Positions 51,724 to 64,000 of a stretch of 64,000 bases of DNA are shown one piece after another; position 1 is the stretch's first letter, and the number at the start of each line of letters is the position of its first letter. The notes beneath the pieces were generated by a model that was not told the DNA's origin, did no database searches, and saw only the letters and a program-made list of their open reading frames with translations. A program made the translations under genes and the position numbers. The DNA comes from Eledone cirrhosa (Eukaryota). Location of the stretch: contig OZ024743.1 of NCBI GenBank assembly GCA_964016885.1, forward strand, positions 369,892,001 to 369,956,000. The letters are read 5' to 3'.

Positions 51724-52620
51724 GGAAAAAATGAAACGAAATTTCATTTCCCACTCTTAGTACGGCTGTTACTTAAATATAAGTATGTATACGTACATAC
51801 ATATATGTATACAGACGTACAGTAGTATATATATATATATACATACATGCACACACATATATATATATGTACGTATGGATTCACCGAACATTTATTATAA
51901 TGCTCGGTGTGTTTGTAAACAAACATCCGGTATTAAGCCGTAGTGTCCAGCAACCATCGTTGCTCGTTTGTTCAACACTGACAAAGGAACGCTGTACTAG
52001 CTTCAAGCTTATTAGCTATCGGCAGCAACGTATACCTTCCTGCGAAGATTGTTGAACGTATATACTTACCTTATGCATGTTAACGGCTGAGTAGCCCAAT
52101 TTGCATATCGAGTGGGTTAATCGGCCGGGTGCTCCGAAAATGATAAACGGAAAAAATGAAACGAAATTTCATTTCCCACTCTTAGTACGGCTGTTACTTA
52201 AATATAAGTATGTATACTAAGAGTGGGAAATGAAATTTCGTTTCATTTTTTCGTTTATCGTTTTCGGTGCACCCGGCCGTTTAACCCACTCGATATGCAA
52301 ATTGGGCTACTCAGCTGTTAACATACATAAGGTAAGTATATACGTTCAACAATCTGGCAGGAAGGTATATGTTGCTGACGATAGCTAATAAGCTTGAAAC
52401 TAGTACAGCGTTCCTTTATATGTGTTGAACAAACGAGCAACGATGGTTGCTGGACACTACGGATTAATACCGGATGTTTGTTTATAAACACACCGAGCAT
52501 TATAATAAATGTTCGGTGAATCCATACGTACATATCTATATATGTGCATGTATGTATATATATATATAAATACTACTGTACGTCTGTATACATATATGTA
52601 TGTACATGTACATACTTATA
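51721..52620 (-). mobile_element. Family A hammerhead repeat, insertion 3 (425-bp unit, partial tandem copy and inverted copy)
   Basis: Unit 51721-52145, partial copy to about 52215, inverted copy about 52214-52620. HHR at 51989-52031 (-) has a mutated core (CTGCCGA/GAAG). HHR at 52369-52411 (+) is intact (CTGACGA/GAAA/GTA). Confidence 0.88.
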
Positions 52621-52636
52621 TATATATATATATATA

Positions 52637-52682
<46 letters not shown>

Positions 52683-52746
52683 AAATAAAGTACCAGTAAT
52701 GCCCTGGGTAATTGCTGGCCTTGTGCCAAAAGTAGAAACAATTATT

Positions 52747-55700
52747 GTCATTCGACGCACATGTATGAAGACGTACAAGTCTGCGGGGGAAAAGGTTCGT
52801 AACTTTAAGCTGTTTTAAAGTATCATTTTTTGTATTTTCTTGTCGTTAACGAAACATAAGGTTGCTTGGTTTCAAGGAAGGGAGACCTCTCAATATTCAG
52901 ATTTAGTTTTAAAAACTTCGAAAAAAAAATCCCCCCCCCCTCCCCCCCCCCCCCACACACACACAAAAAATATTGAAAATTTCGACCTTGAAACGGTAAA
53001 CAACGTTCAGGTCAAAAGTTCAAAAGCAGCCATTGTAGATATCACCACAACTACGACTGCTACAGACATGTCTGTCGACCATTCCACTGAATGTGAAGGC
53101 AAAACTCAAAAGCTACCATCACAACCGCTCCCTTCTGTGTTAGCAACAGTATCATCTGAAAACGACATCACCACCACCACCACCACAACAACAACAACAA
53201 CAACTCAGAACAACAACGACAATAACACCGACAGCTTCAATGTAAACACGGATGGCGGTGGCAACAGCAACAACAACAGCAACAACAAGAGCAACAGAGG
53301 CACCAGCTTTGCTGCAGCAGCAGCAAAAACAAAGCGCTTATTGAATATTGATATTAGCGATAAAGACGAACAGTTTGTCCCAGGCGTGGAGGTTAATTAA
53401 ACGGGAGAAGTCCTGGGAAAACCTGACCATCCCGGACGTGGCAATAGCGGCCATGCAAATGAGGACGGTGTACTTTTGATGCATTTCAGTGCAGACACGC
53501 AAAGTGGAACTTGTCAGCCAAGCAGAGGTCGAGGCTGCTTTGGAGTGCATCGGATGTCACATAGAGCATAAAGCAAGGGCCAAACAGTTAGGTACCAGCT
53601 TGGTACAGTTCAAAACCGAGGCCCTTGCTATTAAGCACTCGGTGACCCCCTGCAGAACGGAACGCATTATCATGCACCCGTCCTACATGGGTAAAAGGAT
53701 AGTAAAGGTCCACATTCCCAGTATCCTACCAGGAATGAACATATGGTGGCTCCTGGGATGCGTAATCGAGGAGGGAACAGACAATACCCTCCTGGATATT
53801 ATCAAATGGACAGAGACAGAAGACTGGTCCGGAATGGATTTGGAGAGTCTTCTCCAAATGAAACCAGAGGACATGAACAACATCCCGGATTTTGCCCGCC
53901 TGCAGGACGGGGCAACAATCCAACTAATTACTGAGGTAAAAGGCCGCACTGCTTCGTATGCGGGGAAGCAACGCATATGCAAGCCTTCTGCCTTCAGCGC
54001 AAAAATGCAGGGGGTCGCAAACCTCCTTTGTTACCAACGCCAGTATCAGCACGGAAAGCTGCACCGCCATCACCAAAAATAACACCAACAAAAACACAGA
54101 CACCAACATCAAAAACAGCCGAACCACCACCAACACCGAAACCAATCCAAGGGGAAAACGAGGAAAGCTCTCCCACTCCCCCAACCCCTCCAATTATACA
54201 CATAGACAAAATAATAAACGCACACACAGACACAGAGACACTCACAGCCAAAGATCCTTTGTCTTCCAGCAGCTAAGATGAGGAAGACCCAAAAGTGCAA
54301 AAAAAAACAGAGAAAACTCACCAAAAATGTTTGCGGACTGGGGTCACCCTGGAAGCAGGGTCGCCTGCTCAACGACCTCAGGTCGCTGGAAATCGATGTG
54401 ATCGCCGTCAGCGAGACCAGAATTTCCGATACGCGCGCACTAGCCACCATTTTCGACGACTATCAGATCTTCGCATCTGTTAGCAGGGCGGGAATGGGAG
54501 GTGGGGTGGCAGTATTGTTTAGGAAAGGACTGGATCTCGAGGTAAGGTCGATCTTCCGGGACCCGGACGGTAAGTTGGTGGTCTTAGATGTGAGGAGTAG
54601 CGAAGGTGGGGCCTTTAGACTGCTGGCTGTCTACGCTCCTACAGGGGCCGGACTTCTTTAGGCGCCTGGAGACCTTTCTGGGTACGTCTCGCCCTTTACT
54701 GTTAGCGGGGGACTGGAACGGCATCTTAGACGCACGCTGGGATTGTGTGGGAGTAGCTGATAGGAGCGGGGGGTGCAAAAGCCTCAAGCGCCTAACCAGC
54801 CAGTTTCAACTGTCTGACAGGTATCGACTAGATTTCCCCAATACGCCAGTACGGACATGGACAAACCGCATGGTTCATCAAGATCATATATAGACAGGAT
54901 CTTCATTAGGAAAATAGATAGAAATAGTGTAGGCTGCCCACTTTTTAAAACGGTCGTCTATTCAGATCACAAATTTGTGATCTGTATGGTCGAGCTAGAT
55001 AAAACGCGTAGGTTGGGACTGGGTTACTGGAAGCTGAACATGTCATTTCCGGCACGCAAGGCTTACAGGGACTGAGTCAACAATTTTGCTAACCAAAAGT
55101 TGACAGGGGGTATCATCAACAACAGATGGTGGGGGGCTCACAAAAAAGAGATTAGAGTAACTTCGATAGAGTTCAGCAAAGAACTAGCGTTAGAGAAAAA
55201 TAGAAAGGAGGGGAGCTGGTAGATAAGTTAGATGAGGCTATTTGTAGTGGCATTGCAACTGACGTGCTAGCGGCGAGAATGGCATTAGACCATTTCTTCA
55301 ATGCGAAACATGAAGGTTGCATTGTAAGAGCTAAGGTGCGTGCGCTGAGAAACGAGGGAACCAAAGCTGTTCGATGGGCCCACGTGGCGGAGGTACAGCG
55401 TGGTAATAAAACCACAATTTGGTCTTTGGCGGACCGAGACGGACACGAGATAAGTGATTCCAAGCGGATGTGTGAGGCCTTTCGCCAGCACTTTGCTCGA
55501 TTGTTCGGGGAGAGTGGCGAGTCAGAGAGAGTAGCGGATTTCAGTCCCTACCTTGACGGCTTGCGGCGCATCTCGACGGTCTATGCTGAGCACTGCGAAA
55601 GGCCGATTACTTCAGCCGAAATTCAGGACGCCCTTGTCGGCTGCATGAGGCGCAAGTCACCCGGTTTGGATGGCCTGCCCTACGAGCTTTATGTAAATAT

Positions 55701-57997
55701 GCCAGACTTGTTCTCCGATCTGCTCGAAGCACTCTACTGCAACTGGCAGCAGAATGGGAGTATTCCCAGTTCTGTGAGCAGAGGAGTGGTGACGCTGATA
55801 AGGAAAGACGAGAACAAGAGGGATACATTATACAACTTCAGGCCCATAACTCTGCTCACTCAACACAGAGTTTAAGATTTTGGCTAAGGTGTTAGCAAAG
55901 AGATTGGCGCTTGTCGTCGAGGATTTGGTTGGGAAGGCACAAATGCGCGCAATCCCATCCAGATCCATACACGACAATCTCCACCACATGCGATACATCA
56001 TAGAGAGGGTAGGGTGTAAACCTGGCTTCGGTGGGGCACTGATCAATTTAGATCAATCGAAATTATTCGATAGGGTCGACCATCGGTATCTGGAGTTTGT
56101 CCTCAAAGCTGCTGGCTTCGGCCCTGTCTTCAGAAGCTGGATCGCTGCAATGCACAGCGGAACACGCTCGGTGGTCAAGGTTAATGTCCACCTCTCGGAA
56201 CCATTTCGGCTCTCCTAATCGGTCAGTCAAGTGTGCCTTCTCTTTTCCCTTCTGTTCGTATTGACTCTCGAGCCTTTACTGCGGAAGCTGGAACTGCTGC
56301 AGGGTATCACGCTCGAACCGGGACGTGGAAAGGTGGTGTCGGCTTATGCGGACGACATCACCGTGATGGTGTCGGACACCTCAGAAATCGAGGTGGTCGG
56401 CACCTTATTGAAGGAATATGAAAGGTTGACAGGAGCCAAACTTAACCCGGAAAAGTCGGTGGGCTTGCAGCTCGGACCTGGAGAGGCAAGCCCATGCCAT
56501 CCAACAGCGTCGTGGGGCGCTGGACCGACGGACCGGTAAAGTTGCTCGGGGTTTGGTTCGGACCAGATCTCCAGGTGGAAAAGAATTGGGACGAGGTAAC
56601 GAGCAGAGTAGCCAGTCTCACCCAAAAATGGGCTAGGAAGAAGCTATCACTGAAAGGTCGCACGGAGGTGGCGAATGCGTACATCGCATCCGTCATCTAC
56701 TACCGGCTGACCGTTGTGCCCTGCCCCCGTCAGCGCCTCATCAAGTTGGAACGGCTCCTCTTCAAATTCTTGTGGAGGGGACAAGTTCCGTAGGTGAGGC
56801 GGTTCATCTGCTGCCAGCACCCTCTACGTGGAGGGCTGAGCATGCCGTGGCTAATGATGCGCAGAAATGCGTTGAGGCTGCGACATCTCCAGATATTCTG
56901 CCTAAACGGTGAACAGGTGTGGTCGCCGTTTATCAGACGGGCCTATCCGCAGCTCGTTTCTTTGACTGAGCTGCAGTCTTGGGTCAAGAAGAGACCAAGA
57001 CCGGGTGACTGGCACCTGGAATGTTGCCAGGCACTCACTGCCCTCTACCAAGCGGGCAATGCGTTCAGTAGAACTTCCATTCTCGAGTTCTATAGAGGAT
57101 TAGTGGTGGGCAAGTGAGATTACTGGTGGGCAAGTGCGATGCACTCGGAGAAACTTTGGGCCTCGACGAAGAGGACTTTCGAGCCGGGAACGATAGACAA
57201 TTTCCAGAAATCCCTCGCTTGGCAGTGCTACCGGGGAGCACTGCCGGTTCGGGATAAACTCTACAGGCACGGAAGTGCTGTCAGACGGACCTGCCCAAGA
57301 TGCGCACAGAACGACGAAACCGTTCTGCAGGCACTTGTCCAATGTCCGTGCATTACTGACTTGTGGAGTTATGTCGAACAGCTACTGTCGCGTGTGGAAC
57401 GAATCCGGCTATTGGCCGAGTCCATAGTGAAGATCGACCCGCCGCCTTCCTTAGGTCAGGAAGAGCAGGAAATTTTCCTCTGTTTGGTGGCCGTTGCGAA
57501 AGAGGTTATATGGTGGACCAGATTAAAAGGACTGAAGACAGACACTTTTCTCTTCGGCCAATCCCTCATCAACTTCTTCAAGTTTCACCTGGAAAGGAAG
57601 GTGAGGGTGGAGAGAGAAGTGCTTCCCCCCAGTACATTTGCTAAAAGGTGGATGAATGTGGCGAGAATGGCCCGTGTGAATTGGCCTACTCTGACCATGC
57701 GCCTATAGGCTAGCTAACTTGAGGAGAGGGGAGCTCTCCCTGGGTGCCCTAGAAGCGCAGGGTGGTTCAGGATTGGTGGGGTACCTGAGTCACCCCAGGA
57801 TCGTCCACCCCCTATCGGGGAATTTATTTTGTTATATTTATGCATAGTTTATTTTATATTTGTTATATCTTCATTGTTAAATTAGTCTTGCCATTGTGCA
57901 CTTTTACTCGACCTTATTGTAAACCCCCACTGTCCCTGTCTTTGTATTGTTCCCTACATGTCGGCCCTTGTGGCTAATAAATGAAATCATTAATCTA
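52747..57997 (+). mobile_element. Second Tx1/L1-group LINE, near full length but disrupted
   Basis: Fragmented ORF1 (52840-54276) and ORF2 (about 54330-57708), homologous to 40482-45650. AATAAA near 57976. Confidence 0.93.
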
Positions 57998-58479
57998 CTG
58001 GGTAATTGCTGGCCTTGTGCCAAAAGTAGAAACAATTATTATTATTATTATTATTATTATCATTTTTTTTTTTGCAATGGCCTTACTCGATAACAAGGGG
58101 GCAGCCATCATATATGTATGTATGTATGTACTTCTGGTTTTATAATTTTATAAATTTTTATCAATAGAGAGAGAGAGTCAGTTTCTAACATAGATACAAG
58201 ACTATCTCATTGGGATTTGCACAACATCAAATAGGTATATATGTATGCATTTCTGCATGCATGCATGTGTGTGCAGGTATGGATGCTATTGTATGTGTGG
58301 ATGTGGATGTTTTGAGTTATATGTATGCATGTGCATATGCTTGGTATTTGTACATGTGTACATGCAGTTATCAGATACAGAATTTTTTGAATGTTTTACA
58401 ATTTTATTTTATGTTTTACAAATTTTTGGAATGTTTTACAAATTTTTAGTGTTACATTAATGGATTGTAATTTCCTAAC

Positions 58480-61400
58480 TAGTCATGTTCTTTCTGTTTC
58501 TGTGAAGCCCAGCTTCTCAAGATTTGTACTGAGTTACTAACATATCCCAGTACTCCAATAATTACAGGTATAAATCTGAAGGTAGAGTCAGGATGGAGTA
58601 TCTAGAGATTTCTCATTAGTTCTGCATAGATATTCTCCTTTTCGCTAATCTTTAATATTATATTGGCATCTGCTGGGCAGCTAACTTCCACTACTATGCA
58701 TGCCATCTTTTCCTTGTCCCATTATCATTATATCTGGTCTGTTATGCTTGCATTTTATTAGGGTTTTGACTGGAATATTTCACCAGTACTCTTTCATATT
58801 ATGTATGTGTATGTCTTCCACATTGCTGTAGCTTTTAATGTGTTTATTGTCGGGGATATATTTTCTACAGATTGCATTGTACAGTGTTTTGGCTACTACA
58901 TCATGCCTCATAGATAAATAGTGCCATGATGACATCTTTGGATAGCTGGTTATGACATAGGTGACATCTTTGATGTTAATTTTGCAGAGTCTGCACTTGC
59001 TGTCACATCTAGTTGTTTTGCCTGCATCCCTATGACTTTTGTGTTGATTTCCTGTTCTTGGATTGCAAAAGCATATCCTTCAAAGTGGGAGTCAATATAG
59101 TGGTTGTTGGTCCAAGATAGACTACTTTCTTTATCTATATTACTCTCACTCTGGAGATTCCTGGCAACATATCCATGCATGATTCTTTGCTGATAAGCAT
59201 GCAGTTTTTCATTCATGGATTCGCTGCGGTATTGCTGGGCAATTTCCCTGGGTGTGAGTTTTTGATTATCATACAGGGAGCATCTTTCAAGGAGTTCTTT
59301 CCCAACTCTCATGATCTTATCTGTCTAATGCAGTCAGACTTGTTCATTAGATGGGCTTCTATGCTTAGAGGTTCATAAATGCGACATTCAAATGCTGTCT
59401 GGACTGATGTTAGGCCTCTGCCTCCCTGCTTACGTTTCAAGTAAAGGCGGTCTATCTCACTGTTGATGTGGAAGTTTCCAGTGTTGTTTAGGATTTTTAG
59501 GGTTTTAACATCAATTGCTCAGATTTCGTCTATCGTCCAATCGAGTATTCCAAACGTTATTAGGAGATGCACAGCAAATACATTGTGAACCACTATTTTA
59601 TTGTGCACAGAGAGTTCCGATGACCATATTTTTCCTAATCGGGTGTTATATTCCCTGTTTATGCGTTCCTTATTACAAATACCATTATAGGATATATTCT
59701 CATCTATCCCCAGCTATCTGTAGCAGTCCTCATCAGATATTGGTGAAACAGTCAAGCCATTGATAAACATGTTGCTAGATTGGGTTGTAGTTCTTCCTCA
59801 CGTTACAATCATATATGAACATTTATCTTGGCCAAACTCCATTCCTATATCCTTTGAGAATATTGTAACCAGGTCAAAATTTTTCTTCATCCCATTTATG
59901 TTCTTGGCATAGAGTTTCAGGTCATCCACAAAGAAATTATGGGTTAAGTTCGTATTTCTGTCCTGCTGTGAGCCAATTATATATCCTTCACATTTCTTGG
60001 GCAGAAAGGACAAGGAGTTTAATGACAGAATAAATAGTAGTACAGAGAGACTGTCTCCTTGAAATATACCCCTGTGATATTCTATTTTATCAGTGAAAAT
60101 AGAGTCCTCCTCTGTTTTTAACTTTAGGATAGTAGCCCAAGAAGAAGACAGCTTTTCTATGGCTCTGATAATAATGCCTGGGACTTGTTGGAGGGCCTGT
60201 AGTTCAGCTAGACTGTAGCCATATTCCTCCTAAGTTGTTGCACCTTCGACATCGCAGTTTTGTAAATTAGGAGTCGTTCAGCACACCCCAAATAGCTTTC
60301 TTTCTAGCTGCTTGTTCATCTGTGATGATGTTATTATTTTCACAGTGATCTTGGAGAAATAGGTTCAGGTAAGCTGTATACTTCTTATACATCAGGTTCT
60401 GGCATGCAATTGGTTGTTTTTTTTTTGCTAAGTGGATGTCTTTGTTCTTGGGGACCAGTATTGTTCATGCTAATCTCAACCATTCTGGTATATGTGTATC
60501 TCCCTTGAGAGCTCATTGGTAGAGGTTAATAAGATACCTCTGATAGAATATCACTCTTTTGTACCAGTAGCCGACAATCAAATCTCTTCCTGGTGTTTTC
60601 CTATCACAGTCTCACGGGTATCCTCATTTATTTTGTATATTTTTGTTGTAGTGTAGGAGCAATTGTTCTTTTGGATTTCTTTCAGTCACACTGCATCTCA
60701 GTCGAAATTCTTCTTTTCACCAGAAGGAATTTGTCTTTCTGGGATGGGGCCCCAGTGACATTTATTTCTTTGCCCTTCATATCTCTATAGACAGATGTTT
60801 GGTTTCGTCTGAATCTTTTATTAAGCACTTTTCTTTCATCTACCCTCTTCTGGTATCAACGTTTCTCGCTGACAGCTCTCAATTCTTGTTTGAGGGTGAT
60901 CAGCTTATATTGAAGAGTTCTGGTTCTACTGTGACCAAACATCGTTTCTATTTTATTTTTCACTCTTTCTTGGTGAGGAGTGAAGTTTTTTGTTTGCAAG
61001 TAAGGAGCAATGTCACATATCCTATGGTTTTTCGTAGGTCAGCAATCTTTTTTTCTATTTTGGTTTATATATGATGGTATTTTTGGTGGTGTTTTGTTCT
61101 TTTTAATGTCTCTGCTATCACCAAGATAATGCTTCACTGTCATTGCTAGGGTATATAAACAGCCGTTGATTTGCCAAAATGTTGGGGTTTTAATCTGCTG
61201 TAAATATTCATCCACTATTTCGTCAATAGCACCTACGATTTCATTATTTGGTTTTATTCTGTTTAATATTGTTGTTTTATTACATTCAGGAAGAGAAATA
61301 TTTATACATAAATTAATTTCTCCCTGGAAGATTTCGTTGAAGGAAAATTTCAATTGTTTATACTTTTGATTATTATTATCAATAGTGTTTTCCACAGCAG

Positions 61401-61900
61401 TCGAGGCAGACTCAGATGATACACGTGGTGTCAAATTTCTTACCGGTATAATTGTTTCAAGGGACTGTTTAATCTGACTGCTAGAAAGTCTAGTAGCATG
61501 GTGACCTGTAGCATGTGGTGTTGATTGTATGTTATTATTACGTTCAACGAACGTCGCTTGTTGGCGTAATTGTTTGACTGTGAAGTCATTTAGCTCCGGA
61601 TGTATTTCGTCCCAGTATACCTTCATTCTGTTCATATAGCCAACTGAGGGATTTTTTTGCCATTCTATAACAATCAAATAAATCATCATTAAGTTCGTAA
61701 CTCCAAGAGAAATGCAATTTATAATTTCGGTTTCTTCTGTAGCTACAACTAACTAAATTTTGTTTACCTTTCTCATTGCTTTTTTTCGGTAACTTGTTTG
61801 TGTTCGGTAAATTGTTGTTGTGGTGTCCGGCCATGCTGTTTGTAGCAAATCCTTGTACAATGAATTATGTATTTAGTTGGATATTTCTACGAATTCGAAT
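58480..61900 (-). mobile_element. R4/Dong-like non-LTR retrotransposon with restriction-like endonuclease, degraded
   Basis: GIFQGDSLS, HNFFVDDLKLYA, GMEFGQDKC, AIQEQEINTK, RHDVVAK, HNRPDI..EVSCP and PVIIGVLG motifs on the minus strand. Confidence 0.85.
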
Positions 61901-62519
61901 AAAAGGTGACTTCAGTAGATATAGTTAGAAGAATATCGAGTTATTCAACATGGCTGGAGATAGTATTCATATTAAATTTAATGAATAGTCTCCCACGTCA
62001 AAATGTGCTACTTATCGCGTTGACTGTCTTTACATGTATGTATATATGTATGTATGTAAGTATGTGTGTGTGTGTGCGTGTATGTATTTATGAATGTATG
62101 AGTGTATGTTATAATTGTAGAATAGGCAGAGAAGGGAGATAGTACGTTTGTGTATCTGAGATGTAGTGCATTACTGTGTGGGTCTTTGCCAATCAACTAA
62201 GCTGCCTCCTTTTGATTGTGATCTTGATTGTTTGTGTGTATCAACGACATTGCTATAGATATGTCAACAGTATTTAATTAGTACCATATAAAGGAAAGTC
62301 TAGTGGAAACCAGAGAAACAAGATGTTGGGTCTTTTTCGACCAGAAGTTTGGTCCAAGTTCTTGCAGCAGAGTGAAAGTTATTAAAGTCCACAAAGACCC
62401 AGATAAGAGTCAAACTGGGCAGTATGTTGGTCTTATCCCCGCTTCTTCCCACAAAATGTGGGAATGCTTGGTACTTTATAGTAATTTCTAATTTAGGAAT
62501 ATGACCAACAATTTTTGAG

Positions 62520-62675
62520 ATGGGGAAAGTCAATTAAATCGACCCCCAGTGTATTACTGGTACTTTATTTTATTGACCCCGTTAGGATGAAAGGCAAAGC
62601 TAACGTAAAAGGACATAATTATATACCACAAAGCATGTTGTCTGACACTACTGATACTGTCAATCCACTGCCCCA
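62520..62675 (-). mobile_element. Degraded Meta-type SINE
   Basis: Reverse complement of GCCTTTCATCCTAACGGGGTCAATAAAATAAAGTACCAG. Confidence 0.7.
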
Positions 62676-62879
62676 GCTTTAGAAAGGTTGTATTGGACTT
62701 AATTCTCTAAGCAGGTCATAGAAACTAGAGTTTCTAGACATGTTTCACCACCACAGCTGTAGAATCCACATCAATCCCATGGTGATTCATTGGTTATGAA
62801 ATTGGTTATGAATTGTTAGGGATAAGGTCATATTTTGGGAAAGAAAAATAAGTTTTAAAATATTTTATTTTTATTATTA

Positions 62880-64000
62880 TTATTATTAGTTACTAGGTTT
62901 GAAGTAGTGGAACGAGAATCTATGGTAATGTGGACACGTGTAGAAGATCTCCGATTTCCTATTTAGTAGGCTAAGGTTAGAGTGAATAATATTTTTAGAC
63001 TCAAGGATGCAAAGGTTACAAAATTTGTTAGGTGGTCTATATGAAGGGGCCTTAGCTATCACTTCCCATTTTAAGGTGTATGGTATGTTACTTGATTTTA
63101 ATGAGTGTATGTGGATAGTGAGTTTACGTTGCTAAGTTTAGGGTTTATGAACGAATGAAGGTGTGAATTATATCAGGTCTTAAAGCTATTCGATGTTGAG
63201 CCGATATATACTTTCGAGATGTGATTAGCGGTTACTGTACCGGAGTAGACAATGTCTTTAATTAGGCAGTTCTTATTTAATGGGCATGTCTTGTTAGGCC
63301 TACAATTACAATTGTTTTGGTAACTAGTATACTGGTTAACGGTGTATGCATTTGAGTGGTTGTTTCTGTTTCTACTTCTAGTATTATTATTGGTATTATT
63401 AGTGTGACTTGATGTATGGTCTTGTACTGTGTAATTGTTCAGGTTATTTCTATGCTGGACATTATTACTTTGGTGTAATTTGAAGTACTTTTTAATCTTT
63501 CTCTTGTTGGTGCTGGCTATATGGTCTGTTATGTTAGGTGCAGTGGAGTAGGATATTTTAATTGTGTTTTTGTTAAATAGGTTAGTTGGGAAGATTTTGT
63601 CTAGAGTAGAGAGGAAAGCTTTAGGTATGTTTGTTGATACATTTAAGTTGAACGAAGGGTTAAAAAATGTGCTACTTCTTCTTCTATTCTTCTTATGGTT
63701 GTTATTCATACTACTGTTTAGTATGGTGTTAGGTTCCTTCTTATCCATATTTTTCTTTCTGTATCTCGGCTCTGTAAAACACATGAAAATTTGCACTGAG
63801 CCTTTTGTCATACCGGTAACCGGCTAGTTATTAGTAATATCCTACATACTTATAGTTATATCAAACGTATATAAATATAGATATTCTTATTACTATATAT
63901 ATACATATATATAATTCGTTTTTGAATTTGTTTTGTAAGATTTCTTGTTTGAAAATGTTTGTTGAAACAGGTATTGTTATACTTTGGGAGGGTCATGTTG
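62880..64000 (-). mobile_element. Second Penelope-like element, C-terminal part (GIY-YIG), probably continuing beyond the window
   Basis: FFNPSFN...KISYST..CNCRPNKTCPLNKNCLIKDIVY...YIGSTSNSFKT. Confidence 0.85.

Noticed and set aside
62281-62520. Possible further host exon or Tc1/mariner fragment
   Set aside because: There are no convincing splice sites or CNB similarity, and only a faint PNFWSK-like resemblance.

Overview
AT-rich, repeat-saturated eukaryotic DNA, most consistent with a cephalopod (octopus-like) genome; the taxon is an inference from the repeat families. The only host-gene sequence I can support is two phase-compatible + strand exons (18865-19171, 26828-26926) of a cyclic-nucleotide-binding-domain protein. 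Most of the remaining sequence is transposon-derived: many RTE LINE fragments, tRNA-derived SINEs, a nested RTE>hAT>LTR stack, a full-length mariner, CRE, CR1-type and R4-like remnants, two Helitron-like elements, two Tx1/L1-group LINEs (one with an intact 1145-aa ORF2) and two Penelope-like elements (PLEs). The most notable signal is invisible in the ORF track: several non-coding elements of about 420-530 bp, arranged as tandem copies plus an inverted copy inside (TA)n microsatellites. Each carries a minimal type I hammerhead ribozyme (HHR) motif with a palindromic stem III. One family also keeps an ATGCAAAT octamer upstream of the HHR in all 7 copies. These look like non-autonomous, PLE-mobilised retrozyme or satellite-2-like elements. 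Ribozyme activity, expression and novelty are untested.
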